Source: an uncultured Spirochaetota bacterium (lineage in GTDB: Bacteria > Spirochaetota > UBA4802 > UBA5550). From it: a DNA stretch of 64,000 nucleotides. The notes beneath the pieces are model-generated. The model ran no database searches and had not been told where the DNA came from. It worked only from the letters and a program-made list of their open reading frames with translations. A program made the position numbers and the translations under genes. The DNA lies in the NCBI GenBank assembly GCA_963827275.1, contig CAWHAA010000007.1, positions 128,001 to 192,000 of the forward strand. The letters run 5' to 3'. Below, piece after piece: positions 9,594 through 20,258 of this stretch. The first letter of the stretch is position 1; each line of letters starts with the position of its first letter.

Positions 9594-12302
9594 TTATTTC
9601 ATGCTGTTCATCCTCTCCAGAATTTCCCTGAGCATATTCAGGTGCTCGCCGTACTTGGTCCAGTTGCCCTCGCGCATGCTCGCATCCGCCTGGTTGTAGT
9701 GGTTCATCGCGCGGACCGCAAGGTCCCTGAGCCGCGATTCCAGCGACCCTTCCATGAGAGAGCCCGAGTCGATGAAGGTGGCCCCCGAGAAGAGGCGTTC
9801 CAGGGCGGCTGTCAGGTCCTTTTCCATGACGATCTTGTCGGAGAAGGCGACTATGACGCGCTTGAGCTCCGGCATCTCGCTCGATTCTGACTTGAGGTAC
9901 AGGGGCTCTATGAATAGAATCGATTCCTCAATGGGAATTGCCAGCATGTTTCCCCGTATCACGCCGGAGCCTCTCTGGTTCCAGAGGGTGAGCTGCTTGG
10001 AAATATCAGGGTTCTGGTTTATGCGGCTGTCGACCTGGAGGGGGCCATATGAGAGCTTGTCTTTCGGCAGCTGGTAGAGCTTGAGTTCGCCGTAGTCGGG
10101 CATGTCGCACTTGGCCGTGAGGAACGCGATCATGTTGTCCTTCTTGTACGGCGTGAAGGGCAGGATCATGATGAATTCATCCCGCTTCTCATCAGGGAGC
10201 TTGGTCACCAGGTAGTAGCTCCTCACCTCATCTTCCTTGTTGTCCTGGACCTGGCGCGCGATATGCCAGGAGTCCTCATTGTTGTAGAACACGTCGGGCC
10301 TTGTCATGTGGTAGCGGAGCAGGATGCGGGACTGTATCGTGAAGTAGCTTTCCGGGTAGCGGAGATGGTTTTTCAGGTCGGCGGGCATCTCCTTCATTTT
10401 TTTGAAAATGCCGGGGAAGATGTTTTGATACACCTTGATGATAGGGTCCCTCTCATCAGAAATGTAATAATCCATGGATCCGTTATATGCGTCGATGACG
10501 ATCTTGACGCTGTTGCGCACATAGTTGATGTTCCTGCTGCCGATCTCGATCGGGGTTGAATAGGGGAACTGGTCGGTTGTGGTGTATGCGTCGATTATCC
10601 AGTAGAGCTTCTTGTCCGATAGCACCAGGTAGGGATCGTTGTCGAATTCAAGGAAGGGGGTGTATTCCCTTGCCATCTCGGCGATGTTGCGGCGGTAGTG
10701 CAGCCGGCTGTTATTGTCTATGGTGCCCGATATGAGGATGTTGATGTCCTTGTATACCGCTGCGAACAGGATGCGTTTGAAAATGGAGTTGAGTTGTGTA
10801 CCGCCGGTGCCCTTGTAGACGGTGAATTTGTTGTCGTCACCGTAGGGGTAGTCGAATTCCTTCATGCTGGTGTTGGTGATGATATACGAGTTTTCATGCT
10901 CACCGAAGTAGATCTCCGGCCGCTCGAGGGGGATGTCCACGCTGAATTTAGGCGGGATGTCGTAAATGAGCATCTCGGGCTGGCCCTCTGACGTGATCTT
11001 ATCCACGCGCGAGAGCACGGCGCCGTAGCCGTGGGTGTAGAGCAGGTGGCGGTTCTGCCAGGTCTGGCTGTTTTTACCCAGGCGGTTGATATCGAGCTCC
11101 CGCGCGGAAAGGTTAACGGCGATCTTTCGGTTGTTGATCATGTACCGGTCAACGTCAACGTCATTGAAATAGTAGTACGGCTTGAGCTCCTGCATCTGCT
11201 TGTATGTCTGCTTGAGGGGCTGCCAGTCCCAGATCCGCACATTGTCGAGCGTGTTCTTGTTTTTCTGGATGTCCTGGTAGGTGAGGTTCTGCTTGTTCGC
11301 GAAGGGCACCTCACGCACCTTCTCGATGTCGTAGGCGATCCGGGTGTACTTGATGTTGTGCTCGATATAGGGCCTCTCCTTGTCCAGTTCGTTCGGTTCA
11401 ACGATAAACCGCTGCTGGATGCCCGGGAAGACGCTCCCCAGGAGAAAGTAGACGGGGATGATGGCCGCGAGGACGATCATGGGGAGCATGAAGCTACGCT
11501 TGAATATGTTGAACAGGAACAGGCCGGCCGCGATGAAGGATATGACCATAGCCGCGTTATAGGCCAGCAGGTTTGCATGTACGGCGGTATACCCGGCGCC
11601 GTAGAATTTTCCTATCTTCGAAAAAAGGAGCTCATAGGAATTCAGCTTGTATCCCAGGCCGTACAGGAACACCACCATGGCCAGCAGGGTGGAGATATGG
11701 GCGCGGGCGAAGAGAGAGAACTCGATCTTTGCGTCCCGCATCAGGATGCCGCCGTTGACAACGTGGAACACGATGGAAAAGAGCGCGGTTATGACCAGCG
11801 ATGTCATGAGCCACCCATACAGGAACTGGAGGAAGGGGAGCTTGAACACGTAGAGGCCGAGATCCATCGAGAAGATGGGATCCTTCGGGAAGCCCGTAAA
11901 GGGGACGGCATTTTTGAAGAGCAGGAATTCCTTCCAGAACGCGGAGGCCGCGCCCCCCATCATGAATCCCGCCACCAGCACGCTTGCCGCAAGCAGGATA
12001 AAGAGCGCCCTCTTCGGCGAGCCGAGGATGGGGATGTGCAGTTTGCTCAGGATGTTACTCGTGAAAATCCTGCCTTTTCCTCCCAGCAGGCGGATCAGGA
12101 GAAAGTTGAAGGAAAAGATCCCGATGAATATCAGGCCGAAAAGAATGTGGACGTTGAACTTTGTAAAGAAGAGGACCCAGAATATGTTCAGGCCCTTATA
12201 CATCCTGAACCATTCATAATCGGCATAGAAGCCGGAAGAGATGGATATGATGGTGTACACAATAATAAAAAGCGTGATGCCGATTAACATTTTTTTATTC
12301 AT
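9594..12302 (-). CDS. UPF0182 family membrane protein
   Basis: DPIFSMDLGLYVFKLP, GAGYTAVHA, NVRIWDW, YTHGYG, NYVRNSVK, HLRYPE, YGP.QV, VIRGN; start taken at MNKKM. Confidence 0.93.
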   Translation of the reverse strand: MNKKMLIGITLFIIVYTIISISSGFYADYEWFRMYKGLNIFWVLFFTKFNVHILFGLIFIGIFSFNFLLIRLLGGKGRIFTSNILSKLHIPILGSPKRALFILLAASVLVAGFMMGGAASAFWKEFLLFKNAVPFTGFPKDPIFSMDLGLYVFKLPFLQFLYGWLMTSLVITALFSIVFHVVNGGILMRDAKIEFSLFARAHISTLLAMVVFLYGLGYKLNSYELLFSKIGKFYGAGYTAVHANLLAYNAAMVISFIAAGLFLFNIFKRSFMLPMIVLAAIIPVYFLLGSVFPGIQQRFIVEPNELDKERPYIEHNIKYTRIAYDIEKVREVPFANKQNLTYQDIQKNKNTLDNVRIWDWQPLKQTYKQMQELKPYYYFNDVDVDRYMINNRKIAVNLSARELDINRLGKNSQTWQNRHLLYTHGYGAVLSRVDKITSEGQPEMLIYDIPPKFSVDIPLERPEIYFGEHENSYIITNTSMKEFDYPYGDDNKFTVYKGTGGTQLNSIFKRILFAAVYKDINILISGTIDNNSRLHYRRNIAEMAREYTPFLEFDNDPYLVLSDKKLYWIIDAYTTTDQFPYSTPIEIGSRNINYVRNSVKIVIDAYNGSMDYYISDERDPIIKVYQNIFPGIFKKMKEMPADLKNHLRYPESYFTIQSRILLRYHMTRPDVFYNNEDSWHIARQVQDNKEDEVRSYYLVTKLPDEKRDEFIMILPFTPYKKDNMIAFLTAKCDMPDYGELKLYQLPKDKLSYGPLQVDSRINQNPDISKQLTLWNQRGSGVIRGNMLAIPIEESILFIEPLYLKSESSEMPELKRVIVAFSDKIVMEKDLTAALERLFSGATFIDSGSLMEGSLESRLRDLAVRAMNHYNQADASMREGNWTKYGEHLNMLREILERMNSMK

Positions 12303-12532
12303 GGCAGTGTTCCGGTTATAATAATTATTTTCAGGCGATACGGATCGGTAAATTACGAATGATGGATTGCCCGTGTGGTGCAAGGTATATACCAAAACAA
12401 AAGTAAATCAAGCTATTTTTTTGGGGCATTCAGCAAAGACCCCTGCGCAAGCGCCTTTTTTACTTGCTTAATCTGTGCCGCGCCGGTATTTTGGGCGACA
12501 TTACCGATTCGGTCCCGGAGATGATGGATTGT

Positions 12533-13714
12533 ATGAATGATAACTGTTCCGATAACAGCAAAAAGAAGATGATATCGCGCAAGGTTGTGGGCGTCAAATC
12601 CTTCATGGTCATGGATGTGATGGCCAGGGCGGAACAACTGGAGCACGAAGGGAAGGATATTATTCATCTTGAAGTGGGCGAGCCCGATTTCGAGACCCCT
12701 GAAGTCGTGCGGGAGGCGGCCATCGAGGCTATCCGTTCCGGAAAGACCCACTACACCCATGCCATGGGTATCCTGGAACTGCGCGAGGAAATCTGCGATT
12801 TCTATCGGCGTGAATACGGCGTCTCCGTCACGCCGGACCGGGTGCTGGTGACCTCCGGCACGTCGCCGGCTATGCTTCTCATGATGCTCTCGCTCCTCGA
12901 GCCGGACGATGAGGTGATCCTGTCGAATCCCCGCTACTCATGCTATCCCAATTTTATTGAGGCCGTGGGAGGCAAGGTGGTTGAGGTGCGCACTGATCCT
13001 GATGACGGGTTCCAGTACCGCCCCGAGCGGATTCGCGCCGCCCTGACTGACAGGGCAAAGGCCATCATGATTAACTCGCCGTCAAACCCGACCGGGATCG
13101 TCATGACTGAAAAAAACATGAGGGAGATAGCCGGCTTCGGCGACCGCTTTATCCTCTCGGACGAGATTTACCACGGACTGGTGTACGAGGGAAAGGCCCA
13201 TTCCATTCTTGAATACACCGACCGGGCTTTCGTTATCAACGGGTTTTCCAAGCTCTATGCCATGACCGGGTGGCGGCTCGGATATCTGATTTTTCCTAAA
13301 GAATTTTCCCGCGTGATGGAGCGCCTTCATCAGAATTTTGCCATATCTGCCAACAGTTTCGTCCAGATAGCGGGGATCGCCGCGCTCAGGCACGGCGGCC
13401 CGGATATCGAACGGATGAAGGCGACATACAATGAGCGGCGTGTTTACATGATACGCCGGCTGGAGGAACTGGGATTCAGGATCCATGTCGAGCCTACCGG
13501 CGCATTTTACGTGTTTGCGGATGCAAGTCACTTCTGCACGGATTCATACAGAGAAGCATTCAGGATACTCGACACCGTGAAGGTCGGTGTCACTCCGGGC
13601 ATTGATTTCGGCTCAGGAGGAGAGGGCTTCATACGGTTTTCTTACGCCAATTCCCTTGAAAATATCAAGGAAGGCCTCAACAGGATTGAAGCGTATCTGA
13701 AAACCAGGATATAA
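12533..13714 (+). CDS. PLP-dependent class I aminotransferase (aspartate aminotransferase-like)
   Basis: HLEVGEPDF, INSPSNPTG, SDEIYHGL, GFSKLYAMTGWRLGY, RFSYA; start codon uncertain (12521-12569). Confidence 0.93.
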   Translation: MNDNCSDNSKKKMISRKVVGVKSFMVMDVMARAEQLEHEGKDIIHLEVGEPDFETPEVVREAAIEAIRSGKTHYTHAMGILELREEICDFYRREYGVSVTPDRVLVTSGTSPAMLLMMLSLLEPDDEVILSNPRYSCYPNFIEAVGGKVVEVRTDPDDGFQYRPERIRAALTDRAKAIMINSPSNPTGIVMTEKNMREIAGFGDRFILSDEIYHGLVYEGKAHSILEYTDRAFVINGFSKLYAMTGWRLGYLIFPKEFSRVMERLHQNFAISANSFVQIAGIAALRHGGPDIERMKATYNERRVYMIRRLEELGFRIHVEPTGAFYVFADASHFCTDSYREAFRILDTVKVGVTPGIDFGSGGEGFIRFSYANSLENIKEGLNRIEAYLKTRI

Positions 13715-13744
13715 TCGTTGTTGATCGTGAGATCTTGCCATGCC

Positions 13745-14576
13745 CTATCGGGTATCATTGCTTCCGTAATTCATTGAAAACATCTTTGCCACAAAGATGT
13801 CGAGAACCTTTCCGGGTATCAGTGTCTCCAGGTATGAAACAATCCTGTTTCCGGCTATGATATAGCGGTGCTTCGGGCGTTTGCGGGTTATATATCTGAA
13901 AATCATGGCAGCTGCCCTTCCGGGATCCATCCCCCGTGCGCCGGACATGATGAATCTATTCCGGAATGCCTCGATGCTCTTTGCTGTATTTCCTGTCAAC
14001 AAATGAGGAATCCTGCTCCAGGGACTTGTGCCATATCGGTGTCGCTATACCCCCCGGCTCAATCAGTATTGTCCTGATGCCGAATGGGTTGAGTTCCCTT
14101 CTTATTGAATCGCTCCATCCTTCGATTGCGAATTTTGATGCTGTGTAGGGAGAGAGGAAGGGAAGGGCAATGCGTCCCGCCATGGATCCATTTATCACGA
14201 GCCGCCCGCGGTTTTTAATGAGTCCCGGTAGAATTTTCTGTGTGAGCATTATCATACCGAATACATTTACCTCCATTACCTGTCGGTAGATTGAAATCGG
14301 TAGATTTTCGAAAGGCCCTCCGAGCGCAATACCTGCATTGTTGATGACGTATTTCAGCCTGTTCCCGTCTTTTTCCATCTGATTGATCAGTGAAGCAAAG
14401 GAGATGATCTCTTCAGCGTTACGTAAGTCGAGCTTCTGGGATATTACGCCAGGTTGTGTTTCAAATGGATTGTGCTCGAGGAATGAGAGAATAACCATGT
14501 AGCCGGCATCAATGAATAGGGGGACAAGGGATTTCCCTATTCCGCTGTCGCAGCCGGTTATAACCGCAAGATTCAT
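13745..14576 (-). CDS. Short-chain dehydrogenase/reductase, one frameshift near 13980
   Basis: TGCDSGIG, NNAG, YTASK; ORF 13956..14576 continues into ORF 13745..14002 after removing one A (KYSK|SIEAF). Confidence 0.88.
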
Positions 14577-14610
14577 GAACGGTTCCTCTTTACATAATGT
14601 AATAAAAATT

Positions 14611-14626
14611 ACCGATAACTATCGGA
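14611..14626. promoter_or_regulatory. Palindromic candidate operator ACCGAT-N4-ATCGGA between divergent SDR and DUF1564-like genes
   Basis: ACCGATAACTATCGGA inside a longer dyad aaaaatt...aattttt; matches 7330-7345 reverse complement at 14/16. Confidence 0.45.
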
Positions 14627-14679
14627 ATTTTTTCACTTTTTATCTCGCCTGTTCGTTTAATTTATGAAAATTATTTTAT

Positions 14680-15192
14680 ATGAAAATGCGGGAGATAATT
14701 ATGATTATTGAAACAACGCTCAATATGCACGTCGAAATCCTCGAAAGAATCGAATTTGCGTCAAAAAGATTGAATAAATCACGGATGTATATCATCCGCA
14801 TGTTGCTGGCCAAAATGATAGAAGATGATAAGAAGTTAAAGAGAATGTGGTCTCCGGTGAAATATCAAGACAGGGACATGTCGGGTAATTGGCATGTGTT
14901 TCATTTGACGTTGCGGCAGGATGAATATGAGTATGGACTTGATCTGCGTAAAATTTACAGGATGTCTTTGTCGGCGGTAGTTGCCTATGCGGTCGATAAA
15001 TACTTGGATGAGATTGTCTTGAAATTTTCGAAGCTGGATGATGAAGCTATAACCGATAACTATCTATATAAAAATTATATTATTGCTTACAGACTTGTTG
15101 AAGGAGTACATTCCTGGCGAATCTACTGGGGGTATACCCACAAAGACTTATTCAAACCCGCCGTTGGAAATATCCACGCGAATTCTATCTGA
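14680..15192 (+). CDS. Spirochaete DUF1564-like (probable ribbon-helix-helix) protein
   Basis: VKYQ...WHVFHLTL..DEYE..LDLRKIYRMSLS..VAYA pattern recalled from the Leptospira paralogous family; AT-rich; start 14680-14701. Confidence 0.55.
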   Translation: MKMREIIMIIETTLNMHVEILERIEFASKRLNKSRMYIIRMLLAKMIEDDKKLKRMWSPVKYQDRDMSGNWHVFHLTLRQDEYEYGLDLRKIYRMSLSAVVAYAVDKYLDEIVLKFSKLDDEAITDNYLYKNYIIAYRLVEGVHSWRIYWGYTHKDLFKPAVGNIHANSI

Positions 15193-16363
15193 TATAATTC
15201 ACGAAGTAATCTAAAATCCCATCAAGACGGTTTCCGGTCGCCAGCTTACGCGGAAGTGTCAAAATTAATTCAACCGTTTCTCCATGCCCCATGACGACGA
15301 GAAAAAACGGCGCGTATTCATTTGCCGGCGGGATGGCGAATAAACCAGTGGAAGTAAATCCGCCGCCCCGGTAACCGGTCAGGTCGATCCTGCCAAAGTT
15401 GGATATGAAACCTGAAATGCTGTAGATGCTGTTTTTATGCCTGCCGTGTATTATTCTGGCCCCGACCATTTTCATCAGCCACTGGGGGGCGTACCTGACA
15501 AGGTCGTCGCCCCTTGAAAGCATGCCCTCGCGTTTCTCGTCGAGTTGTAGCTTGATGTCATTGGCGATCTGTTCCGGCGTAGAGTCTTTTTTTATCTCAA
15601 TATAGATTGCGAAGGTAAGGTTAGCGGTTGAAACGAGGCCGCTCATTCTGGGCCGCATGTCAACGGGTATCCCGATCCGGACGATGCCGTCAGAATGACG
15701 CCATGCCTCCTGCGCCGTCAGTATCGCGATCTGCGCCAGCAGGTGGTGCGGGTGCGCTTTCACATTAACACGCCGCCAGACAAATCCCTTTTCGTTCATA
15801 TCGGCCGTGCCGGTAGGCGGGATATGCTCTGTGGGATACTGCTTTCTCAATTTTTTTTGAATGATTTTCGCAAGCTCCGTGTCCGTCAGTGCTGACGATG
15901 AGCCGATGCAGGGCTCCCCGCGCAGTGCCCGGAACACGTCTTCCGCCCAGGTGAAGGTTCCCCTGCCGTCCATGACGCCGTGCAGCGTGCGAAATATCAC
16001 CCGCGGCGTATCCCCCCTGACAAGAAGTACTTCACAGGTCGGGCCGTTTTTCGGGTCCAGCGGTTTTTCGAGAAACGGGGCATGTTCCGAATTGTAGCCG
16101 TTCCACCCGCTTTCGGTGATCACGATTACCGGAGGCGTTGAGCCAGAATCAACCCACCGGCTGGCCCCCAGTATGCCCTTCAGGGTCACCCGGCTGCCGG
16201 GATTTGCCTCTGAAGCGGCCGCAACAGCGGTATGCCAGAGACCGTACTCCAGCACTCCCGTGCCCTCGAAGACAATCTGGTTCGCCATGGGGGGGGATAA
16301 CTGTGCGCCGACAAGAAATGCGCGTTCGTTGAATGATAGTTTTCGTGAATATTTAGCGGGCAT
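15185..16363 (-). CDS. Stand-alone condensation-domain / CoA-dependent acyltransferase
   Basis: HxxxDG motif (TLHGVMDGRG), IPVDMRP...N, ISNFGRI. Confidence 0.75.
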   Translation of the reverse strand: MPAKYSRKLSFNERAFLVGAQLSPPMANQIVFEGTGVLEYGLWHTAVAAASEANPGSRVTLKGILGASRWVDSGSTPPVIVITESGWNGYNSEHAPFLEKPLDPKNGPTCEVLLVRGDTPRVIFRTLHGVMDGRGTFTWAEDVFRALRGEPCIGSSSALTDTELAKIIQKKLRKQYPTEHIPPTGTADMNEKGFVWRRVNVKAHPHHLLAQIAILTAQEAWRHSDGIVRIGIPVDMRPRMSGLVSTANLTFAIYIEIKKDSTPEQIANDIKLQLDEKREGMLSRGDDLVRYAPQWLMKMVGARIIHGRHKNSIYSISGFISNFGRIDLTGYRGGGFTSTGLFAIPPANEYAPFFLVVMGHGETVELILTLPRKLATGNRLDGILDYFVNYIR

Positions 16364-16478
16364 TGATGTAAAGAATCCGATCCTTTTTTTCTGGTTGCTG
16401 GCGGCAAACAGGAGTGTCCCCTGGCATACGTCTTACCCGGAGTGAAGGGTGCGCGTTGTAGTCGGGCATGTACGCAGC

Positions 16479-17606
16479 TTATATGTCTATCTGGAAGATC
16501 CGGTACCCCTTGTACCGGTCGGCGTTCACGAACTTGAGCGCGCCGATCATCTTCTTGTTGGTCTCCACGATGAGGGAGCAGTCCGATTGTATGTAGCCCA
16601 TCCCAATGCCGATTTCCATCGTCATGAGAATGAGTATCTGGTCAATGTCCTGGCCCCGGTATTCGGGCTCCACCCCGAGCAGTATGGTCCTGATGGTTTT
16701 CGTCCTTTTTACCTGCCAGAGGAGCTTGACGAGCCTCCAGGGATAGAGCCTGCCGTTAAGCTTCGCGAAACCGGGGTTCGCGTCAGGGACGGAGAGAATA
16801 AAGCCGATGGTCTTGCCGTCCTTTTCCGCGAAGATGGCGAGTTCGGGTATTATTACGAGTGAGAGCTCCTTGTACATCAGGTCGAATTGCTTGTCGGTGA
16901 GGGGAAGGTGGTCCATGTTGCCTTCCCACGCGGCGTTGAATATGCGTTTCACGTCATCCGCCCTTTTGGGAATATCGCGCTTTTTCGTCGGGATGAACTT
17001 TATGTCCGTTTTTTTCATCATCTCTTCCCGCATCTTGAAAAAGGGCTCCCAGTTGACCCCGTCTTTTTTAACCATGAAGCAGAACCAGTCGATATACTTT
17101 TCGAAGCCGAACGCGAGGGCGTGCTTTTCGTACCAGTGCGCACCGTGAAACATGCCGATGACCGGCATCCTGCCGTTATTGATGCAGTCGAACCCGACCG
17201 AATCATATATCGTAAAGCTCTGCGGTCCGTTCATCTTCTTCTTGCCTTTTGCGCGGAGACATTCGCGCGCCGCCTCAAAGAGGGCCTTGGAGACATTGAG
17301 GTCGTCTATGCATTCATAGAAGCCGAAGAAACCTGTGTCCTTGTCGTATTTCTCCTCGTAGCGGGAGTATGTATGCGCGGTGATCCTTCCCGCGGGCTTC
17401 CCGTCCTTGTAGGCGATAAAAAAGTCCGCTTCACCGTGCTCGAAAAAATACCCCTGCTTCGGGTCGAACATGTGCACCATGTCGCCGATGACCGGCGGGA
17501 CCCATGCCGGGTCATATTTGTAGATTTGCGCCGTCCATGGCACCTTGATGAATTCCATCAGCATTTTTTTGTCGGTTACTTTTTTTACCATGATTGTCGA
17601 GCTCAT
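16479..17606 (-). CDS. YghO-like double-GNAT N-acyltransferase (family includes bacterial ceramide synthase)
   Basis: YKYDPAWVPP, GRITAH, GFFGFYEC, GP.SF, FNAAWEGN, PDANP, LLGVEPEYRGQ. Confidence 0.75.
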   Translation of the reverse strand: MSSTIMVKKVTDKKMLMEFIKVPWTAQIYKYDPAWVPPVIGDMVHMFDPKQGYFFEHGEADFFIAYKDGKPAGRITAHTYSRYEEKYDKDTGFFGFYECIDDLNVSKALFEAARECLRAKGKKKMNGPQSFTIYDSVGFDCINNGRMPVIGMFHGAHWYEKHALAFGFEKYIDWFCFMVKKDGVNWEPFFKMREEMMKKTDIKFIPTKKRDIPKRADDVKRIFNAAWEGNMDHLPLTDKQFDLMYKELSLVIIPELAIFAEKDGKTIGFILSVPDANPGFAKLNGRLYPWRLVKLLWQVKRTKTIRTILLGVEPEYRGQDIDQILILMTMEIGIGMGYIQSDCSLIVETNKKMIGALKFVNADRYKGYRIFQIDI

Positions 17607-17880
17607 GAGGGTGTCCTTTTTTATCAGGTGTATCGGCGCGATCCGGGGAAACAGGGTCTTTCATGTAATGGGCGTACACTATGTCAATTATTTGTATAAT
17701 GTCCATTCTTTTTTTGAATTTAATACGGCGATACCTTCTTTATAATGAATAAATAAAGTTCTTTACAAAAAATTGCCGCATTTATAATTTCCCATAACAT
17801 CCTATTTGCAAATAATGCCTGTGATGGGCAAAAATGGCGCCCGCGCAGACGTATCTGATACCGTGTTGGGAGGTCCCTGA

Positions 17881-19990
17881 ATGCTGAAGGAATACAAAGC
17901 TGAACAGATCCGGAATATCGCCATTATCGGCCACGGCGGCACCGGAAAATCAACCCTATTTGACGCAATGCTCCTGGCGGGAGGGAAGATAGACAAGATA
18001 GGGAATCCCAACCAGGGGACTCTCACCTCTGACTATGACGACGACGAAAAGAAGAAAATGATGTCCATACGGAGCGCGCTTGGCTTCGTGGAGATCGACG
18101 GCGTTAAGATAAACATCATCGATACGCCGGGAACGGCCGATTTCATCGGCGAGGCCCGCGCCGCCATACAGGTGGCGGAGGTGGTGATCCTGGTCGTCGA
18201 TTCGGTTGACGGCGTGCAGATCGAGACCGAGAAGGCATGGCGATATCTCACTGAACACAACGTCCCGCGGATCATTTTCGTAAACAAGATGGACAAGGAG
18301 CGGGCCAGTTATCAGAAGGTCATGGACAACCTGAAGACCGCCCTCAAGGCCAATATCGCCCCCCTCTCTGTCCCCAGCGGGGAAGGTGACAAGTTCAGCG
18401 GCGTCATTGACGTGTTACACATGAAACTGCAGACCTCCAAGCCCGGCGCCAAAGACGTGACGGTCGCGGATGTGCCGGCTGATATGAAGGCAAAGGCAGA
18501 AGATGGCCGAAACAAGCTGGTGGAGGTCGCTGCCGAGGCGGATGACGCACTTATAGAAAAATTTCTTGAGGGAGGCACGCTGACGGACGAGGAGGTCAGG
18601 CGCGGTATCCAGGTCCAGCTTGCCGCCGGGAAAGCTTCACCCGGTCACCTGCGGCTCATCCCTGTCGGCCATCGGCGTGAAAAATCTTCTTTACGTGATC
18701 AAGGAATTTGCGCCCGCGCCGCAAATGGGCAAGGAAATTGTCGGGCATGATCCTGACGACGCATCGAAAGAGATAAAGATACAGTCCGGCGACGGCCCGT
18801 TCGCGGGAGTTGTGTGGAAGACCTATATCGACCAGTACGCGGGGCGCTTCACCTACTTGAAAGTCATATCAGGGGCCCTGCTCCCCGACACGGAAGTCTT
18901 TAACACGCATAAAAAATACAAGGAGCGGACGTCCAAAGTCTATTCCATGATCGGGAGCAAGCAGGAAGAGGCGCCGAAAATCAATGCCGGCGACATCGGC
19001 GTGGTGGTCAAGCTCGACAAGACCTCAACCAGCGATACCCTCTGCGATCCGAAGAGGCCGGTGGTCATCAGCCTGATCCAGGTCCCCAACCCGGTCTTTT
19101 CTTACGCGATAGAGATGGTCAACAAGGCCGATGTGGACAAGGTGGGGCAGTTCTTCAACAGGGTCACGGAGGAAAATCCCACGCTGACCTACTCGCATAA
19201 TGCGGAGACCGCCGAATCGGTCCTCTCCGGCATGGGCGAAATTCAGCTCGGGATCGTCCTGAATGCCCTCAAGGAGAAGAACAAGATCGAGGTGCTCACC
19301 AGGGAGCCCCGCGTGCCGTACCGGGAGACCATCACAAAAAAGGCCGATTCAAACTACCGGCACAAAAAACAGTCGGGCGGGCACGGGCAGTTCGGCGAAG
19401 TCTATATCCGCCTGGCGCCGCGCCCCCGCGGCGCGGGGTTTGAGTTCAAGGAGACCATTTTCGGCGGTTCGATACCGAAGCAGTATATCCCCGGCGTCGA
19501 GAAAGGCCTCATCGAAGCGCTCGAGGAGGGCGTGCTTGGGAAGTTCCCCGTCGTGGACGTCGAGGTAGAGCTCTATGACGGCAAGTACCATGATGTTGAC
19601 TCGTCAGAGCTTTCCTTCAAGATCGCATCGCGCACGGCGTTCAAGCTGGGTATGGAAAAGGCGGGCCCGCAGCTGCTTGAGCCGGTCATGACGGTGAGCA
19701 TTTTCGTCGACAAGGAGTTCATGGGCGATATCCTGAGCGATGTCACGAGCCGCCGCGGCAAGGTCCTCGGCATGGAAGGCGGCGACGACACCTCCGGCGG
19801 GGTATCGGTCATCAAGGCGCAGATACCGCTTGCCGAAATGCTCCGCTACAGCATCGACCTGCGCGGGATGACGAGCGGCAAGGCGACGTTCGAAATGAAA
19901 TTTTCCCACTATGATCCGATATCGGGCAGGGAGGCTGACAACGTGCTGGCCGCCCGCAAGAAATTGCTTGAAGAAGAGGCCGCAAAGTAG
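17881..19990 (+). CDS. fusA: Elongation factor G paralog (EF-G2 type), one frameshift near 18632
   Basis: RNIAIIGHGGTGKST, DTPG, NKMD, HKKQSGGHGQFG, GKYHDVDSSE, LLEPVM; removing one A in gggaaagctt joins the two ORFs. Confidence 0.92.
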
Positions 19991-20039
19991 GGCCGTTCAG
20001 GCTGTCGGATGTCCCCCGCAGTTCGCGTCGGGGCTTGAT

Positions 20040-20063
20040 ACGCGCGGCCGAGTGGCCGCGCGT
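20040..20063. repeat. GC-rich hairpin GCGCGGCC-N4-GGCCGCGC downstream of fusA
   Basis: acgcgcggcc gagt ggccgcgcgt; 19/20 identical copy at 27453-27472. Confidence 0.4.
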
Positions 20064-20258
20064 TCCTGTGTATAAGGCCCGTTCCAGGGGCGCCTCCGGA
20101 ACAATGTAACTATTTCAGGCGGTCAGGGTCAGCTATATATGAGGAAGGCGCGGTACATGCCGCACGGCCATGAGCTGAATAAATGTGGACGTTTTTAAAT
20201 AATATAGTACATTAATACATACGATCAATGCATCAACCTCGCGGGGGAACAACCGGCA

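Noticed and set aside
11031..12287. Long antisense ORFs (also 24457-25395, 37301-38350, 48042-49133, 54001-55218, 56595-58001)
   Set aside because: Shadow frames of well-supported genes in GC-rich DNA; no motifs
12533..13714. Serine palmitoyltransferase to complete a sphingolipid pathway
   Set aside because: Motifs are class I aminotransferase (SKLYAMTGWRLG), not the alpha-oxoamine synthase family
18620..18650. Programmed ribosomal frameshift in fusA (GGGAAAG)
   Set aside because: Same one-base pattern as many other breaks in the window; no evident stimulatory structure
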